NCBI GenBank assembly: GCA_963754925.1
Contig: CAVWHX010000004.1
Span: 1,344,001-1,408,000, forward strand
Source of the DNA: an uncultured delta proteobacterium
GTDB lineage: Bacteria > Myxococcota > B64-G9
Reading direction: 5' to 3'
Length of the DNA stretch: 64,000 nucleotides
Below are positions 10,355 through 20,494 of this stretch, in pieces. The translations under genes and the position numbers were made by a program. How positions within the stretch are numbered: position 1 is the first letter of the stretch; every line of letters starts with the position of its first letter. The notes under the pieces are model-generated. The model saw only the letters and a program-made list of their open reading frames with translations. It searched no databases and was not told where the DNA came from.

Positions 10355-11059
10355 TTATTTGAGCGTACCATCCTTGAGGGCATCATCAACTAGTTTGGCA
10401 TATTTAGTTGTTTTGACGCCATCAATGTATTTCTGCTCTTTTACCACTTTCTTCAAAGCCTTGAGAGATTTAAAGGGGTTCTTCTTGATTTGGGAGTTTG
10501 TTATCCCTTTGGGCAGGCCTTTGCCGAGGTCTGGCTCTATCATAAACGTCACCTTGGTGTGTCCTTGGTCAACCCATTCAAGCAAGTACTCCGAGTAAAA
10601 CGCAGGCATTCTAACATAACCTTCACCCGAATCGTAAGGCATTTCGTTTGTTAACGCAGTTTTGATCAAGGAATATTCTGGGCGGATTTGAACGTCAGTT
10701 TTAAGAACTACATCCCTATCTGTCAATAGAGGAATATGCTGACGCAACCAGAAAATAATAACGTCTTTCTCGTCATCGACAACTTTCAGTATTTTTGTAT
10801 CTTTACAATCATCCATCCATTCCTTGAAATTCGGGATATCTCTGAGAATGTAGCCGATTACATCTATTCGGGCGGCTATCGTGCAGGTGGTTTTAGCCGC
10901 GATGAACGGTTTCCCGGCAATAACGCTCGTATATATCTGACATCCATCATCAGTATCTTCAAGCTTCCATTGGTATTTATCGGTGCCCTGGGCAAGACTG
11001 GTTGAAGCGACCGCTAAAAGTAATAGTGCCGTGGAGACGATAGCGCATTTTTTAAACAT
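10355..11059 (-). CDS. Secreted START/SRPBCC lipid-binding domain protein, paralog 3
   Basis: Highly similar to neighbours; signal peptide; upstream TATTCCTTGACAAA shared with paralog 2. Confidence 0.78.
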   Translation of the reverse strand: MFKKCAIVSTALLLLAVASTSLAQGTDKYQWKLEDTDDGCQIYTSVIAGKPFIAAKTTCTIAARIDVIGYILRDIPNFKEWMDDCKDTKILKVVDDEKDVIIFWLRQHIPLLTDRDVVLKTDVQIRPEYSLIKTALTNEMPYDSGEGYVRMPAFYSEYLLEWVDQGHTKVTFMIEPDLGKGLPKGITNSQIKKNPFKSLKALKKVVKEQKYIDGVKTTKYAKLVDDALKDGTLK

Positions 11060-11297
11060 GAACAACCTCCTGTGAATTGTGTAGATGAAATCCCTCTACC
11101 GGTCTTGATCACTTTCGTCATCTTCAGTATTCTTAAAAACAAATAGAATTTTGGAACTCATCGCATACAAGAAACTGTTTGTCAAGGAATAAGAAGATTT
11201 GGTAGTGTCTCAGTTTACCAGAGGCTTACGGGTGTTCGGCAGGCGACCGTCTACACCTTGGTAACTACTCTCGTTGAGGAACCCAAAGGAGAAGCTT

Positions 11298-11669
11298 ATG
11301 AGATTTTCATTATTGCTATTTATTCTGATGAGAAAGATTAAGCGAGCGGTAAAAAAATATCCAGAAATGAAAGCCAAAGTTAAAGAAAAAAACTTTACCA
11401 TAGTAATTAAAACTGAGAACGGCAAACGAGGAAGGTTTTTTTCGTTTTCAGACGGCACGGTCGTTTCTGGCGACGTTAGAAAAGCCCCGTCATCTGACGT
11501 AGCTCTTGTCTGGAGGGATGCCGATATTGGATTTAAGGTAATGATAGTACAGAAAGACGAAGCATTTATGAAAGCCATCCAAAAAGGCGCACTAAAAATT
11601 CAGGGAGATATGAATTTACTTCCTGTCTTTATGAAAATAGTTAAGAAAGCGATGCAAAGAAATAAATAA
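11298..11669 (+). CDS. SCP2 domain protein
   Basis: AFMKAIQKGALKIQGDM SCP2-like motif; AAGGAG RBS. Confidence 0.65.
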   Translation: MRFSLLLFILMRKIKRAVKKYPEMKAKVKEKNFTIVIKTENGKRGRFFSFSDGTVVSGDVRKAPSSDVALVWRDADIGFKVMIVQKDEAFMKAIQKGALKIQGDMNLLPVFMKIVKKAMQRNK

Positions 11670-11957
11670 TCGACTTATGATACATCATGTATTAGAGAGC
11701 ATTCAGAAATAACTCACCATCTTGTTTTATGTCTTTGTCAAGTATGGTTTCAACAAACCTATGACTTAATAAAAAATCTTGCAGCGAGTACCAACCGGTG
11801 GTAATGAGAGATCCAGTTTTTTTTCAGGAGCGGGTTAGAAGAGTTAAGTATCACGGTGAGTTATAGAATGAATGTTTCTCTTTCAACAACAACCACCAGA
11901 ATATGCTAATAGAATAACAAAAATCGAAATTGATAACATCTATGAGGAAGACTTGAT

Positions 11958-13344
11958 ATGCTCGAGTTTTTTTTCAACCAGATGGTGTGGCCATAATTGG
12001 AGCTTCGAATAATACTCGAAAAGGCGGTTTTCATATTGTTAAGAATGTGGTAGCGGGATACCGGGGCAGAGTTTATCCCGTAAATCCTAACTATGATGAA
12101 ATACTGGATCTTACCTGTTATCCTAACGTGGAATGCATTCCGGACAATTTCGATCTTGCCATTTACTTTATTCCATCACGCAAGCTGCCGGAAACGATAC
12201 TTGCCTGCGCAAAAAAAGGGGTGAAAGGTATTATTATCGAATCGGGAGGATTTGCCGAAGCCGGAGCCGATGGCGAAAGAATTCAAAAGCAAGCTCTTGA
12301 GAATGCAAATAAATGCGGAATCAGACTCTGGGGCCCTAATTGTATGGGATTCATGGACGCCCATACCTGGTATGTATTCTCATTTTTGCATCCACTCATT
12401 TGGCCCGATGTATTCAAACCGGGAAACGTTGGCCTCATCGTTCAAAGCGGCATGCTTTCAGCCGGTTTTATATTGGCAGCGCTCGAAGATGGAGTTATGG
12501 GCGTCAGCAAATCATGTTCGATAGGAAATAAATGTGATATAAACGAAAATGATATCCTTGAGTTTTTCATTCAAGACGATAAGACAGACGTCGTCGCATG
12601 TTATCTTGAATCATTGATTGACGGTAGGAAGTTTTTAGAGCTTGCGCGAAGCACCTCAAAACCGATAATCATGCTCATGGGGGGGCGGAGTAATGAAGGA
12701 TTCAACGCCGCCATGAGCCACACGGCAAGCCTTTCCGGCAACTATGCCATAACTCATGGCGCACTTAAGCAGGCTGGAATCATCGAGGTCTTCGAGCCGA
12801 GTGAACTCACCGACATGGCGCGCGCCTTTTCGAAAATAACATCCTATCGGCTAGACAGGGGCACCGCAGTCATGACTTTTTCCGGCGGTGCCGGGACCAT
12901 CACAACCGATCTTTTCGATGACTATGGGATACCATTAGCACAGCTTTCAGAAAAAAGTTTCACCGAGATAGGCGCTCTCTTTCCTGCCTGGATAAAACCG
13001 ACGCATCCACTCAACCTTTGGGTGGCGATTGAACAACGGGGTTATACAGAAGTCTATTTGAAGACGATGCAGGCACTCATCGCGGATCCTGCCGTCGATT
13101 CGATCATTTTGCAGGCGTATGCCACGCCCGAGATGAGCGACGAGTTTTTTGTAGAGGTTGGCGGTTTGATGAGAAAACATCAGGAAACCGATTATACTTT
13201 GGGTTGAAGGAAGAAAACGGTTGGTTGAGGACATGCGGAACGTTGCGGAACAGGCCGGAATACCGGCGTATCGGGATTTGGCCCGTTGTGTTTCTGTTCT
13301 TGGAGGGTTAAAAGAGACATTTTCAGAAAAAGATGTGCCGTTGA
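11958..13344 (+). CDS. Acetate/acyl-CoA ligase (ADP-forming) alpha-type CoA-binding protein; apparent frameshifts at ~11970, ~13183, ~13311
   Basis: VAIIGAS, YPVNP, SGGFAE, GPNCMG, QSG, SIGNKCD, YLES, SHTASL. T8 run needs T9 (MLEFFFQPDGVA); KPIILWVEG continues in another frame; end coordinate approximate. Confidence 0.85.
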
Positions 13345-13385
13345 CCTCGACTCATGGGGCACGATGGGTTTGGCGAAATATTCTC

Positions 13386-13414
13386 TTGACTCTCAAACAT
13401 AACAACGTTATCTT
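13386..13414 (+). promoter_or_regulatory. Sigma70-type promoter with overlapping palindrome
   Basis: TTGACT-N17-TATCTT; ATAAC-AAC-GTTAT (13399-13411) overlaps the -10; lies upstream of the operon containing the TetR gene. Confidence 0.45.
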
Positions 13415-13492
13415 TCGCGCCGGAAAAAACTAACGGTCGTTGCTGCCATACCTTCATTGTTGATATATTAATTCGATTGAAAGGAGAACCCC

Positions 13493-14218
13493 GTGGCCAT
13501 CCTATCCTGGACAAAAGATGAGAACGTTGCGGTGCTCACGATGAGCAATGGTGAAAACCGGCAGAACCTTGCGTTCGCCACGGCCATGAACACCGCACTG
13601 GACGAGATAGTTGCCGATGCGTCGGTGCAGGCGCTCATTCTTACCTCAAGCGATGAAAAGAACTTCTCCCAAGGAGTGGATGTTCAATGGATCGCGTCGG
13701 CCTTTCAGAATGGCGAATTCCAGGAGATCAAAAAGTTCCTCTATGGCATGAATGAGGTGTTCAAGAAGTTGATGCTTGCGCCAATGCCCACCATTGCAGC
13801 AATCAATGGCCACGCGTATGGCAACGGCTCGATAATCTCCTGCGCGTGCGACTTTCGGTTCATGCGCGCTGACCGTGGCTTTTTCTGCTTTCCGGAAATA
13901 AATGTCGGGATACCCTTTTTCGTTGGCATGAACGCTTTTGTAAAGAAGGCTGTTCCGTATTACAAATTCGTTGAGATGCAGTTCACCGGCAACCGGTACA
14001 CCGCACCCGAGCTCGAACAGCACCACATCATCAGGAAGGCATGCGCCAACAAAGAAGAGCTCATGCAGGAGAGCCTGACCTTTGCAAAGACCTTTCAGAA
14101 GAAGCGCGGGATCTTCGGTGAAATGAAGAAGCGTATGTACCGTGACATCATTGAAATAATGGACACGGTGGATAAGTCTGTATCCATTGAGCCACTGGTA
14201 ACCATGATACCGGATTGA
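13493..14218 (+). CDS. Enoyl-CoA hydratase/isomerase family protein
   Basis: FSQGVD, PTIAAINGHAYG, CDFR.M, FCFPEIN.GIP. Confidence 0.9.
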   Translation: MAILSWTKDENVAVLTMSNGENRQNLAFATAMNTALDEIVADASVQALILTSSDEKNFSQGVDVQWIASAFQNGEFQEIKKFLYGMNEVFKKLMLAPMPTIAAINGHAYGNGSIISCACDFRFMRADRGFFCFPEINVGIPFFVGMNAFVKKAVPYYKFVEMQFTGNRYTAPELEQHHIIRKACANKEELMQESLTFAKTFQKKRGIFGEMKKRMYRDIIEIMDTVDKSVSIEPLVTMIPD

Positions 14219-14238
14219 TCGATGGGGCTTTGCGCTCG

Positions 14239-14939
14239 ATGAGAAAAAACAATCGCGATCGAATTTTAAAAACGGCGCGGCAGCTCTTGCCTCGGTATGG
14301 ATACAACGGCATATCCATACGCGCCATCGCAGCCCGAGCTCGCCTTACCACCGGTGCCATTTACTTTCATTTTAAAGACAAGAAAGAGATCTACCGAACC
14401 ATCTGTCTCGAGGCCGTTGACATACTCATTAAGAAGTTTAGGGATGGCGTCCAGAGCCGCACCACACCAAACCAGAAACTCATATCGACCTTTGATTCTT
14501 ATATACGTTTTTTTTATGAACATCGCGAGCACTACAACATCTTGATGGAGTACAAAGCTCATTACCATCGTGATGAGTACCATCATGATCAGAGATCGCA
14601 CAGAAAATGCGTACGATGACCGACCTCATGGAGGAGACCATTCGTCAAGGAGTCGAGGAGGGAGCCTTCCGCGAGGTTGACGCGCGCATGCTGGCGATTC
14701 TGCTCGAGGCCGTGACCGAGGGTATGTTGCAACTCAAGAAGCTGGGTGTGTTCGAGAATCTCAAGATCACCGACGTTGATTTCAGGAAAGTTATGGGAGA
14801 AATCATCGGCAGGGGAATTCTCAATGATTCGAGAGAACAGGGGAACGCACCTACGGTGCCGCGGAAGATCTCCCCGAAGAGGACTGGCATGGCATCACTG
14901 CTGGCGTGTAGCGGTGATACTCAAAAGGAGCCGTCATGA
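14239..14939 (+). CDS. TetR/AcrR transcriptional regulator (frameshift ~14590)
   Basis: RILKTA..L..YGYNGISIRAIA......GAIYFHFKDK HTH; C-terminal IRQGVEEGAFREVD in ORF 14607-14939. Confidence 0.85.
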
Positions 14940-15922
14940 AAACTGCCATAACCCAAATGTTCGGAATTAAGTATCCGATCATCTGCGGGGCCATGATGTG
15001 GTTATGCAAACCTAAGCTCTGCGCGGCTGTTTCGAACGCCGGGGGGATGGGCAATCTCACCGCCGGAAATTATGAAAGCGAGGACGAATTTCGTCGTGCC
15101 ATTTGGGAGACGCGCACGCTTACCGACAAACCTTTTATGGTAAACGTAACCCTGCTTCCCTCGGTGCACATAACCGCTGAACACCATACCATGTACCTAC
15201 GGGTTTGCGCCGAGGAGCGCGTCGCCGGATTAGAGATATCCGGCACGCCCCTCGATAAGGCGGTCGGAACAGACTACCTCGACATGCTCAAAAAAGCGGG
15301 GGTGAAACTCTTTCACAAGGTTGGGTCGGTGCGCCACGCGGTGCACGCCGAGAAAATTGGCTACGATGGCATCTATGCGGCTGGCATCGAGGAAGGCGGT
15401 CATCCTCTCAATGACGACGTGACCACCATGGTGCTGACGCCCCGCATCGCCGAGACGGTGAAGATTCCGGTGGTCGCGGTCGGTGGAATCGCCGACGGTC
15501 GCACCTTGGCGGCAGCCCTCTCCCTTGGAGCCCAGGGCGTGATGATGGCCACACGTTTCGTGGCCACCCAGGAGTGCGAGGTTCACGAGAACATCAAACG
15601 CGAACTCGTCAAACGCCAGGAGTACGAGACAACCCTCTTCTGCAAGTCCCTTGGTCTGCAGGGTAGGGCTATCAAAAATAAGGTTGTTGAAGAGGTGCTG
15701 GAGATTGAATCCAAGGGCTGCGATTTTTCTCAACTCATTCCGTTGATCTCGGGCAAACGGGTCAAAGAGGCATGGGAAACCGGCAATGTCGACAACGCAC
15801 CCATGATGATGGGGCAGTCGGTTGGTTTGGTGAAAGATATCCCAACGTGTAAGCAGCTTATCGAGCGGATGGTTTCAGAAGCACAAGCCGATATCAAACG
15901 AGTAGCGAATTTATTTGCGTAG
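14936..15922 (+). CDS. Nitronate monooxygenase/FabK-like flavin oxidoreductase
   Basis: FGIKYPII.GAM, AVSNAGG.G, G.EEGGH, PVVAVGGIADG, MATRF. Confidence 0.9.
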   Translation: MKTAITQMFGIKYPIICGAMMWLCKPKLCAAVSNAGGMGNLTAGNYESEDEFRRAIWETRTLTDKPFMVNVTLLPSVHITAEHHTMYLRVCAEERVAGLEISGTPLDKAVGTDYLDMLKKAGVKLFHKVGSVRHAVHAEKIGYDGIYAAGIEEGGHPLNDDVTTMVLTPRIAETVKIPVVAVGGIADGRTLAAALSLGAQGVMMATRFVATQECEVHENIKRELVKRQEYETTLFCKSLGLQGRAIKNKVVEEVLEIESKGCDFSQLIPLISGKRVKEAWETGNVDNAPMMMGQSVGLVKDIPTCKQLIERMVSEAQADIKRVANLFA

Positions 15923-15947
15923 GTTTTAGGAAAAAAGGAGCGCACCC

Positions 15948-16985
15948 ATGGAAACGAGAATCACAAAGCTGTTCGGAATAAAGTATCCCATCATTCTCCC
16001 CGGTATGAGCTGGATCAGCGTGCCGAACCTGGTGGCCGCCGTCTGCAATGCCGGCGGAATCGGCTGGCTTGCGACCGGGCCGCTCAACACCGATCAAACC
16101 AGGGAATCCGTAAAGCAGATCCGGAAGCTCACTGACAAACCCTTTGGGGCCGGCGTGACCCTGCTCATGCCGGGAGCTCGGGAGAACGCTGAGGTTCTTC
16201 TTGAAGAGAAGGTGCCCGTGATCAACGTGTCTCTCGGCAAGTGCGACTGGATTGCGGAACGTGCGCATAAATATGGCGGCAAGGTCATCGCCACGGTAGT
16301 TACCGAGAAACATGCCGTCGCCGCTCAGAAACAGGGCGCCGATGCCCTTCAGGTGACCGGCCATGAGGCGGCTGCCCATGGCGGCATGGTGACAACCCTG
16401 GTTCTCGTGCCGGCAATCACCAAGATAGTGAAGATACCGGTGGTAGCCATCGGCGGCCTGGCGGACGGGCATGGGCTTGCCGCCGCTTTGGCGTTGGGAG
16501 CCGATGCCATCGGCATGGGCACACGACTTTCGTTGACCAAGGAAAGTCCGGTCCATGATGCCACCAAACAGGCCGCGTTGAAAGCGGGCATCGATGATAC
16601 CCTCTATTCCGACCGCTTCGATGGACTCTATTGCCGGGTGATGAAAACCCCAGCCGCTGAAAAGGCTATTCGGAAGGGAATGAATTTACCGAGAGCGACC
16701 ATTGCTTCGTTCAGCATCGCCCGTTCGATGAAGCTTCCATGGCTTAAACTTTTCATCGGTCTTATGGCGCAGGGTCCCGCAACCATGCTTAAGCTCGCCC
16801 ATATGGCTGTCGCTTTTGGCCAGATACAGGCTGCCACCGAGGAAGGCGACCTGAAAAAAGGTGTCCACCTGACTGGTCAAGTGCAAGGATTGATCGATGA
16901 TATGCCGACGGTCGCCGAGGTCATTGAGCGGACCATCAAAGAAGCGAAGGAAGTTTACCAACATATTGGAGCCGTGCTGAACTAA
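15948..16985 (+). CDS. Nitronate monooxygenase/FabK-like flavin oxidoreductase
   Basis: FGIKYPII, NAGGIG, GHEAAAHGG, GGLADG, MGTR, GQVQGLIDD. Confidence 0.9.
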   Translation: METRITKLFGIKYPIILPGMSWISVPNLVAAVCNAGGIGWLATGPLNTDQTRESVKQIRKLTDKPFGAGVTLLMPGARENAEVLLEEKVPVINVSLGKCDWIAERAHKYGGKVIATVVTEKHAVAAQKQGADALQVTGHEAAAHGGMVTTLVLVPAITKIVKIPVVAIGGLADGHGLAAALALGADAIGMGTRLSLTKESPVHDATKQAALKAGIDDTLYSDRFDGLYCRVMKTPAAEKAIRKGMNLPRATIASFSIARSMKLPWLKLFIGLMAQGPATMLKLAHMAVAFGQIQAATEEGDLKKGVHLTGQVQGLIDDMPTVAEVIERTIKEAKEVYQHIGAVLN

Positions 16986-17558
16986 CACGCGTGCCCCGTT
17001 TGAGAGAAGCAGATAGAGGAAATAATTTTACAATTTGAGCGTAATTATTAATATTATACGGTAAAAATAATATATCATTGGATTAAAAGAGCACCCTTTA
17101 TTATGATCAACCGTGCCTATGGTTGATGATAGCCAAACACATTTTATTGAGTATGTCTCAAATCCACTCGATAATTTAATTATTTATGTTATTAATCAAT
17201 ATATTATAAAATATATTGATGCCCCGTTATTGAGTTTCAAATTGCATCTTCAGAGAATAAACCGTTTCATGGCCTAACAACGTATCTAGTCATAAACTTT
17301 TGTAAGTGTCTTTTTTGACTTCATTATCAATCTTAATTTCTATTAAAAAAAATAGCATAAAATGCGATTTTTTATTAAAATTTTTTATTCCTTTGTTTAT
17401 GGGCAATTAGCTTTAATCTGGACCAGGTAACAAGTCGCCACAATTATGACCTAGTATTAATTTATTTAATTTTTATTTCAGTAAGTTATGACAATTTTTC
17501 AATGAATTCAAGTCCGCAGAGGTCGGTACTATTTTTATGCTGATGAAAAAATAAATCA

Positions 17559-17785
17559 TTGACATCGGATTCACGAAGTGTTTTATTCCCTTCCACGGAT
17601 AGTAGTTATTTTTATGGTCACCAAGGAGCAAAAGAGAACCCCAATGCTTACGTTCTGCTTTTCTGCTAGATCGGAAATTTTGAAGGGTCCTAGGGACCGA
17701 GGAGGTGAACTACTTGAGATTTTACCAGACAGGACAAATGTGAATGCAGGGTACTCACTAAAACTGCCTACACGTGCGTTTGTCT
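17559..17785 (+). promoter_or_regulatory. Promoter plus structured 5' leader (copy A)
   Basis: TTGAC-N9-ACGAAGTG-N-TT-N-ATTCC; GGTCC-TAG-GGACC hairpin; 54-nt GGACAAAT...TGTCT hairpin; architecture shared with 20245-20470. Confidence 0.55.
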
Positions 17786-17831
17786 AGAATCCAACCCCAT
17801 ACGGGGTAACCGCTAAGCAAGGAGGAGTTCC

Positions 17832-19967
17832 ATGAGGTCATTTTTTCTATGGGTATTTTTGGGAATGGTAGTAGTAGCCTTTGCCGGCTGTGCGAACGGC
17901 CTCGTAGGGCAAGGACCATCAGGCACGGTAACAACTAAATTAACCGTCGCGCCAGGTGTCGATGAAACCCAAATCAATTACACGATCACGGGAAACGGCA
18001 TTGATCCCCTCACGGGCACCATTCAGGTGGTATCCAACCCCGTGACCGCGGATATAGCCCCTATTCCGGTGGGGTCTGGTTACACCATCACGCTTGCTAC
18101 CGCCGATGGAATCTGCACCGGCTCTGCGACATTCGACGTGGTGGCGAGCCAAACGACGACGGTGGCGGTACCGATACAGTGTTCGACCACCCCCCCGAGA
18201 GGTAGCGTGTCGGTTACCGGCACATTCCTCGCGTGCCCCACGGTCGGCTCCATGGTGGTATCGCCGACCTCGGTAGCGGTTGGGAGCACGATTCAAGTGA
18301 ACGCGAGCGCTCAGAACCTTGGCCAGGGCACCCTGACCTACGCGTGGACTGCCACGAGCGACGGCACGTTTGCGAATCCAGCAACGGCTATGACTACCTA
18401 CCTGTGCGCCACAACGGGTACGAAGACATTGACCATAACGGTAAGCAACGTAAACTGCACCGATTCGCTGTCGGTTGACGTTACGTGCGGCCAAGGCGGA
18501 GGCCCGGTTTGCGGCGACGGTATCGTCTCTGGCAACGAGAAATGCGACACCGCCATAGCCGCGGGTCAGACAGGCGCTTGCCCGACGAGCTGCAATCCTG
18601 GCACCGATCCGTGCAACCCGGTCAAACTCCAGGGCACTGGTTGTCAGGCTGCATGCGTGGCTACGCCGATAACCGTGGCCGTCTGCGGCGACGGTTGTGT
18701 TACCCCTCCCGAGACGTGTGAGCCGCCGAACACAGCGACCTGCGACGCCACCTGCCATACCATCGTCCAACCTACCTGCGGCAACGGCGTGGTGGACACC
18801 GGCGAGACCTGCGACACCGCCATAGCCGCGGGCCAGCCGGGCGCGTGCCCAACGAGCTGCGCGGCTCCCAACGCGTGCACAACCTCGACGCTTCAAAACG
18901 CGGGCACCTGCACAGCAGCATGCGTTAATACGCCGATCGTGCCTTGCTGCGGCAACGGCGTAGTGGAGACCGGCGAGACCTGCGACACCGCAATTGCTGC
19001 CGGTCAACCGGGCGCCTGCCCAACGAGCTGCACCCCCCCCGACACTTGCACCACCTCCACGTTACAGAACAACGGAACCTGCACGGCCGCGTGCGTCAAT
19101 GGTACACCGATCACGACCTGCAGTGGCAGTACGAAAGACGGCTGCTGCCCTGCTGGCTGCACCAATTGCAATGACAGCGACTGTAGTGGCACCTGTAATC
19201 CCTGTGTACTTGCAAATTGCACCGGACCCGATTTGAGCGGCACCTGGATCACCCGCGTTACGACCACGGGCACCATCACCGCGCCAAGCCCCGTCGGCAC
19301 GCTAACGGGCGCCACCATTGACGTCGTACAGCGCATGGTTATCAGCAACGACCTCACCGCCTGCACGACGACCGCACAGTTTGAGATCTGCTCATTGAGC
19401 ACTACCGCTACCAGCCCCATTCCGTTTAGCGTTACCTACACGCCAGCGGTGCTTGCGTCGCTGAGCGGGTCGGCATCGGAGGCGGGTGTGTGTTACCAAG
19501 TGGGCCAAACGGTAGCGTTCCCGAGCTTCACGATCAACAGCGGTTGGGGTGGACCACCGCCGCCGACTACCAATACCTGTCCGGCCCCTCCATCGACCTT
19601 GACCTATCCGTACCCAGCCGGCACCCTACCCACGACCTGCTCCGGGGCGATTGATTCGGACGGGGACGGCGTCTACGGTATCACGCTCCCGACCACGATC
19701 TTTGGGGCGTTGAACCTTGATGCGTTTGCTGGCCTTACCATGAATATATCGCTTGCCAACATGGTACTGACAAACGCGACCACCAACACCGGCACCACGT
19801 CCTTCCCGAGCACGGGCTACATTTTTGGTAGCACGGCCGGGGCGACGGGGGCCCTCAACGTCGTGCCAGCCTCTAACGCTGTTCCAGTCACCGCCATCAA
19901 GTTGACCGGTGATGTGCCCTGCGCCACGGTTCTGACGCACTGCACAGGCGCAGCCTGCGTTCCTTAA
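17832..19967 (+). CDS. Lipoprotein with Ig/PKD-like domains and myxobacterial Cys-rich repeats (DUF4215-like)
   Basis: Lipobox FAGC; repeats CG[DN]G[VI]V..[GN]E.CDTAIAAGQ.GACPTSC x3; Thr-rich beta segments; DSDGDG loop; AGGAGG RBS. Confidence 0.75.
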   Translation: MRSFFLWVFLGMVVVAFAGCANGLVGQGPSGTVTTKLTVAPGVDETQINYTITGNGIDPLTGTIQVVSNPVTADIAPIPVGSGYTITLATADGICTGSATFDVVASQTTTVAVPIQCSTTPPRGSVSVTGTFLACPTVGSMVVSPTSVAVGSTIQVNASAQNLGQGTLTYAWTATSDGTFANPATAMTTYLCATTGTKTLTITVSNVNCTDSLSVDVTCGQGGGPVCGDGIVSGNEKCDTAIAAGQTGACPTSCNPGTDPCNPVKLQGTGCQAACVATPITVAVCGDGCVTPPETCEPPNTATCDATCHTIVQPTCGNGVVDTGETCDTAIAAGQPGACPTSCAAPNACTTSTLQNAGTCTAACVNTPIVPCCGNGVVETGETCDTAIAAGQPGACPTSCTPPDTCTTSTLQNNGTCTAACVNGTPITTCSGSTKDGCCPAGCTNCNDSDCSGTCNPCVLANCTGPDLSGTWITRVTTTGTITAPSPVGTLTGATIDVVQRMVISNDLTACTTTAQFEICSLSTTATSPIPFSVTYTPAVLASLSGSASEAGVCYQVGQTVAFPSFTINSGWGGPPPPTTNTCPAPPSTLTYPYPAGTLPTTCSGAIDSDGDGVYGITLPTTIFGALNLDAFAGLTMNISLANMVLTNATTNTGTTSFPSTGYIFGSTAGATGALNVVPASNAVPVTAIKLTGDVPCATVLTHCTGAACVP

Positions 19968-19994
19968 TATCCTAACGATGTTCTAAGGTTATCC

Positions 19995-20030
19995 AAGCGC
20001 CGGTCCATCCGTGGACCGGCGCTTTTCTTT
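19995..20030 (+). terminator. Rho-independent terminator
   Basis: AAGCGCCGGTCCA-TCCG-TGGACCGGCGCTT followed by TTCTTT. Confidence 0.9.
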
Positions 20031-20244
20031 AGATCGAAATTTATTTATCCCATAGGTTACAACTGCCCCCAACATAGCCTTTAAAATTAATAGTACCAAT
20101 TATTGTTATTCATCCTATCACAATTCTGGTAATGAAAAGTAATACAGCAAAAAAGTATATAACTAGCTATAATATAATAATATTATTTACAATACACTAA
20201 ATATCTTTTTGCTGATTTTTTCAACATTAACTGAAATTTTCCTA

Positions 20245-20470
20245 TTGACTTTAGTGGTACGAAGTGGTTAATTCCATATATTATAGTTGCGTAACGTATT
20301 TTATTTTAGAAGGTCCTAAAAGGGATTTCAATGCCTGCGCGTCGGATTATAAGCAACTTGAAACGTTCCATTGGCTTAAGAGATAGGAGTGGTAGTAAAC
20401 CATAATTGATTCAGCCGGACAAATTGATGATTGCAAGGGCTCTCGTGGTTTCTTGCACATCAATATGTCC
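20245..20470 (+). promoter_or_regulatory. Promoter plus structured 5' leader (copy B)
   Basis: TTGAC-N9-ACGAAGTG-N-TT-N-ATTCC; GAAGGTCCT-AAA-AGGGATTTC; 54-nt hairpin GGACA/TGTCC, TTGATG/CATCAA, TGCAAG/CTTGCA. Confidence 0.55.
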
Positions 20471-20494
20471 AAACCATAAACCTGGAGGAATGTC

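Noticed and set aside
11967..11974. T8 tract as a phase-variation switch
   Set aside because: The same gene has two more indels and similar errors occur window-wide, so sequencing error is more parsimonious
18505..19100. DNA repeats in the Cys-rich gene as a diversity-generating retroelement TR/VR pair
   Set aside because: They are in-frame protein repeats, differences are not adenine-specific, and there is no reverse transcriptase in the window
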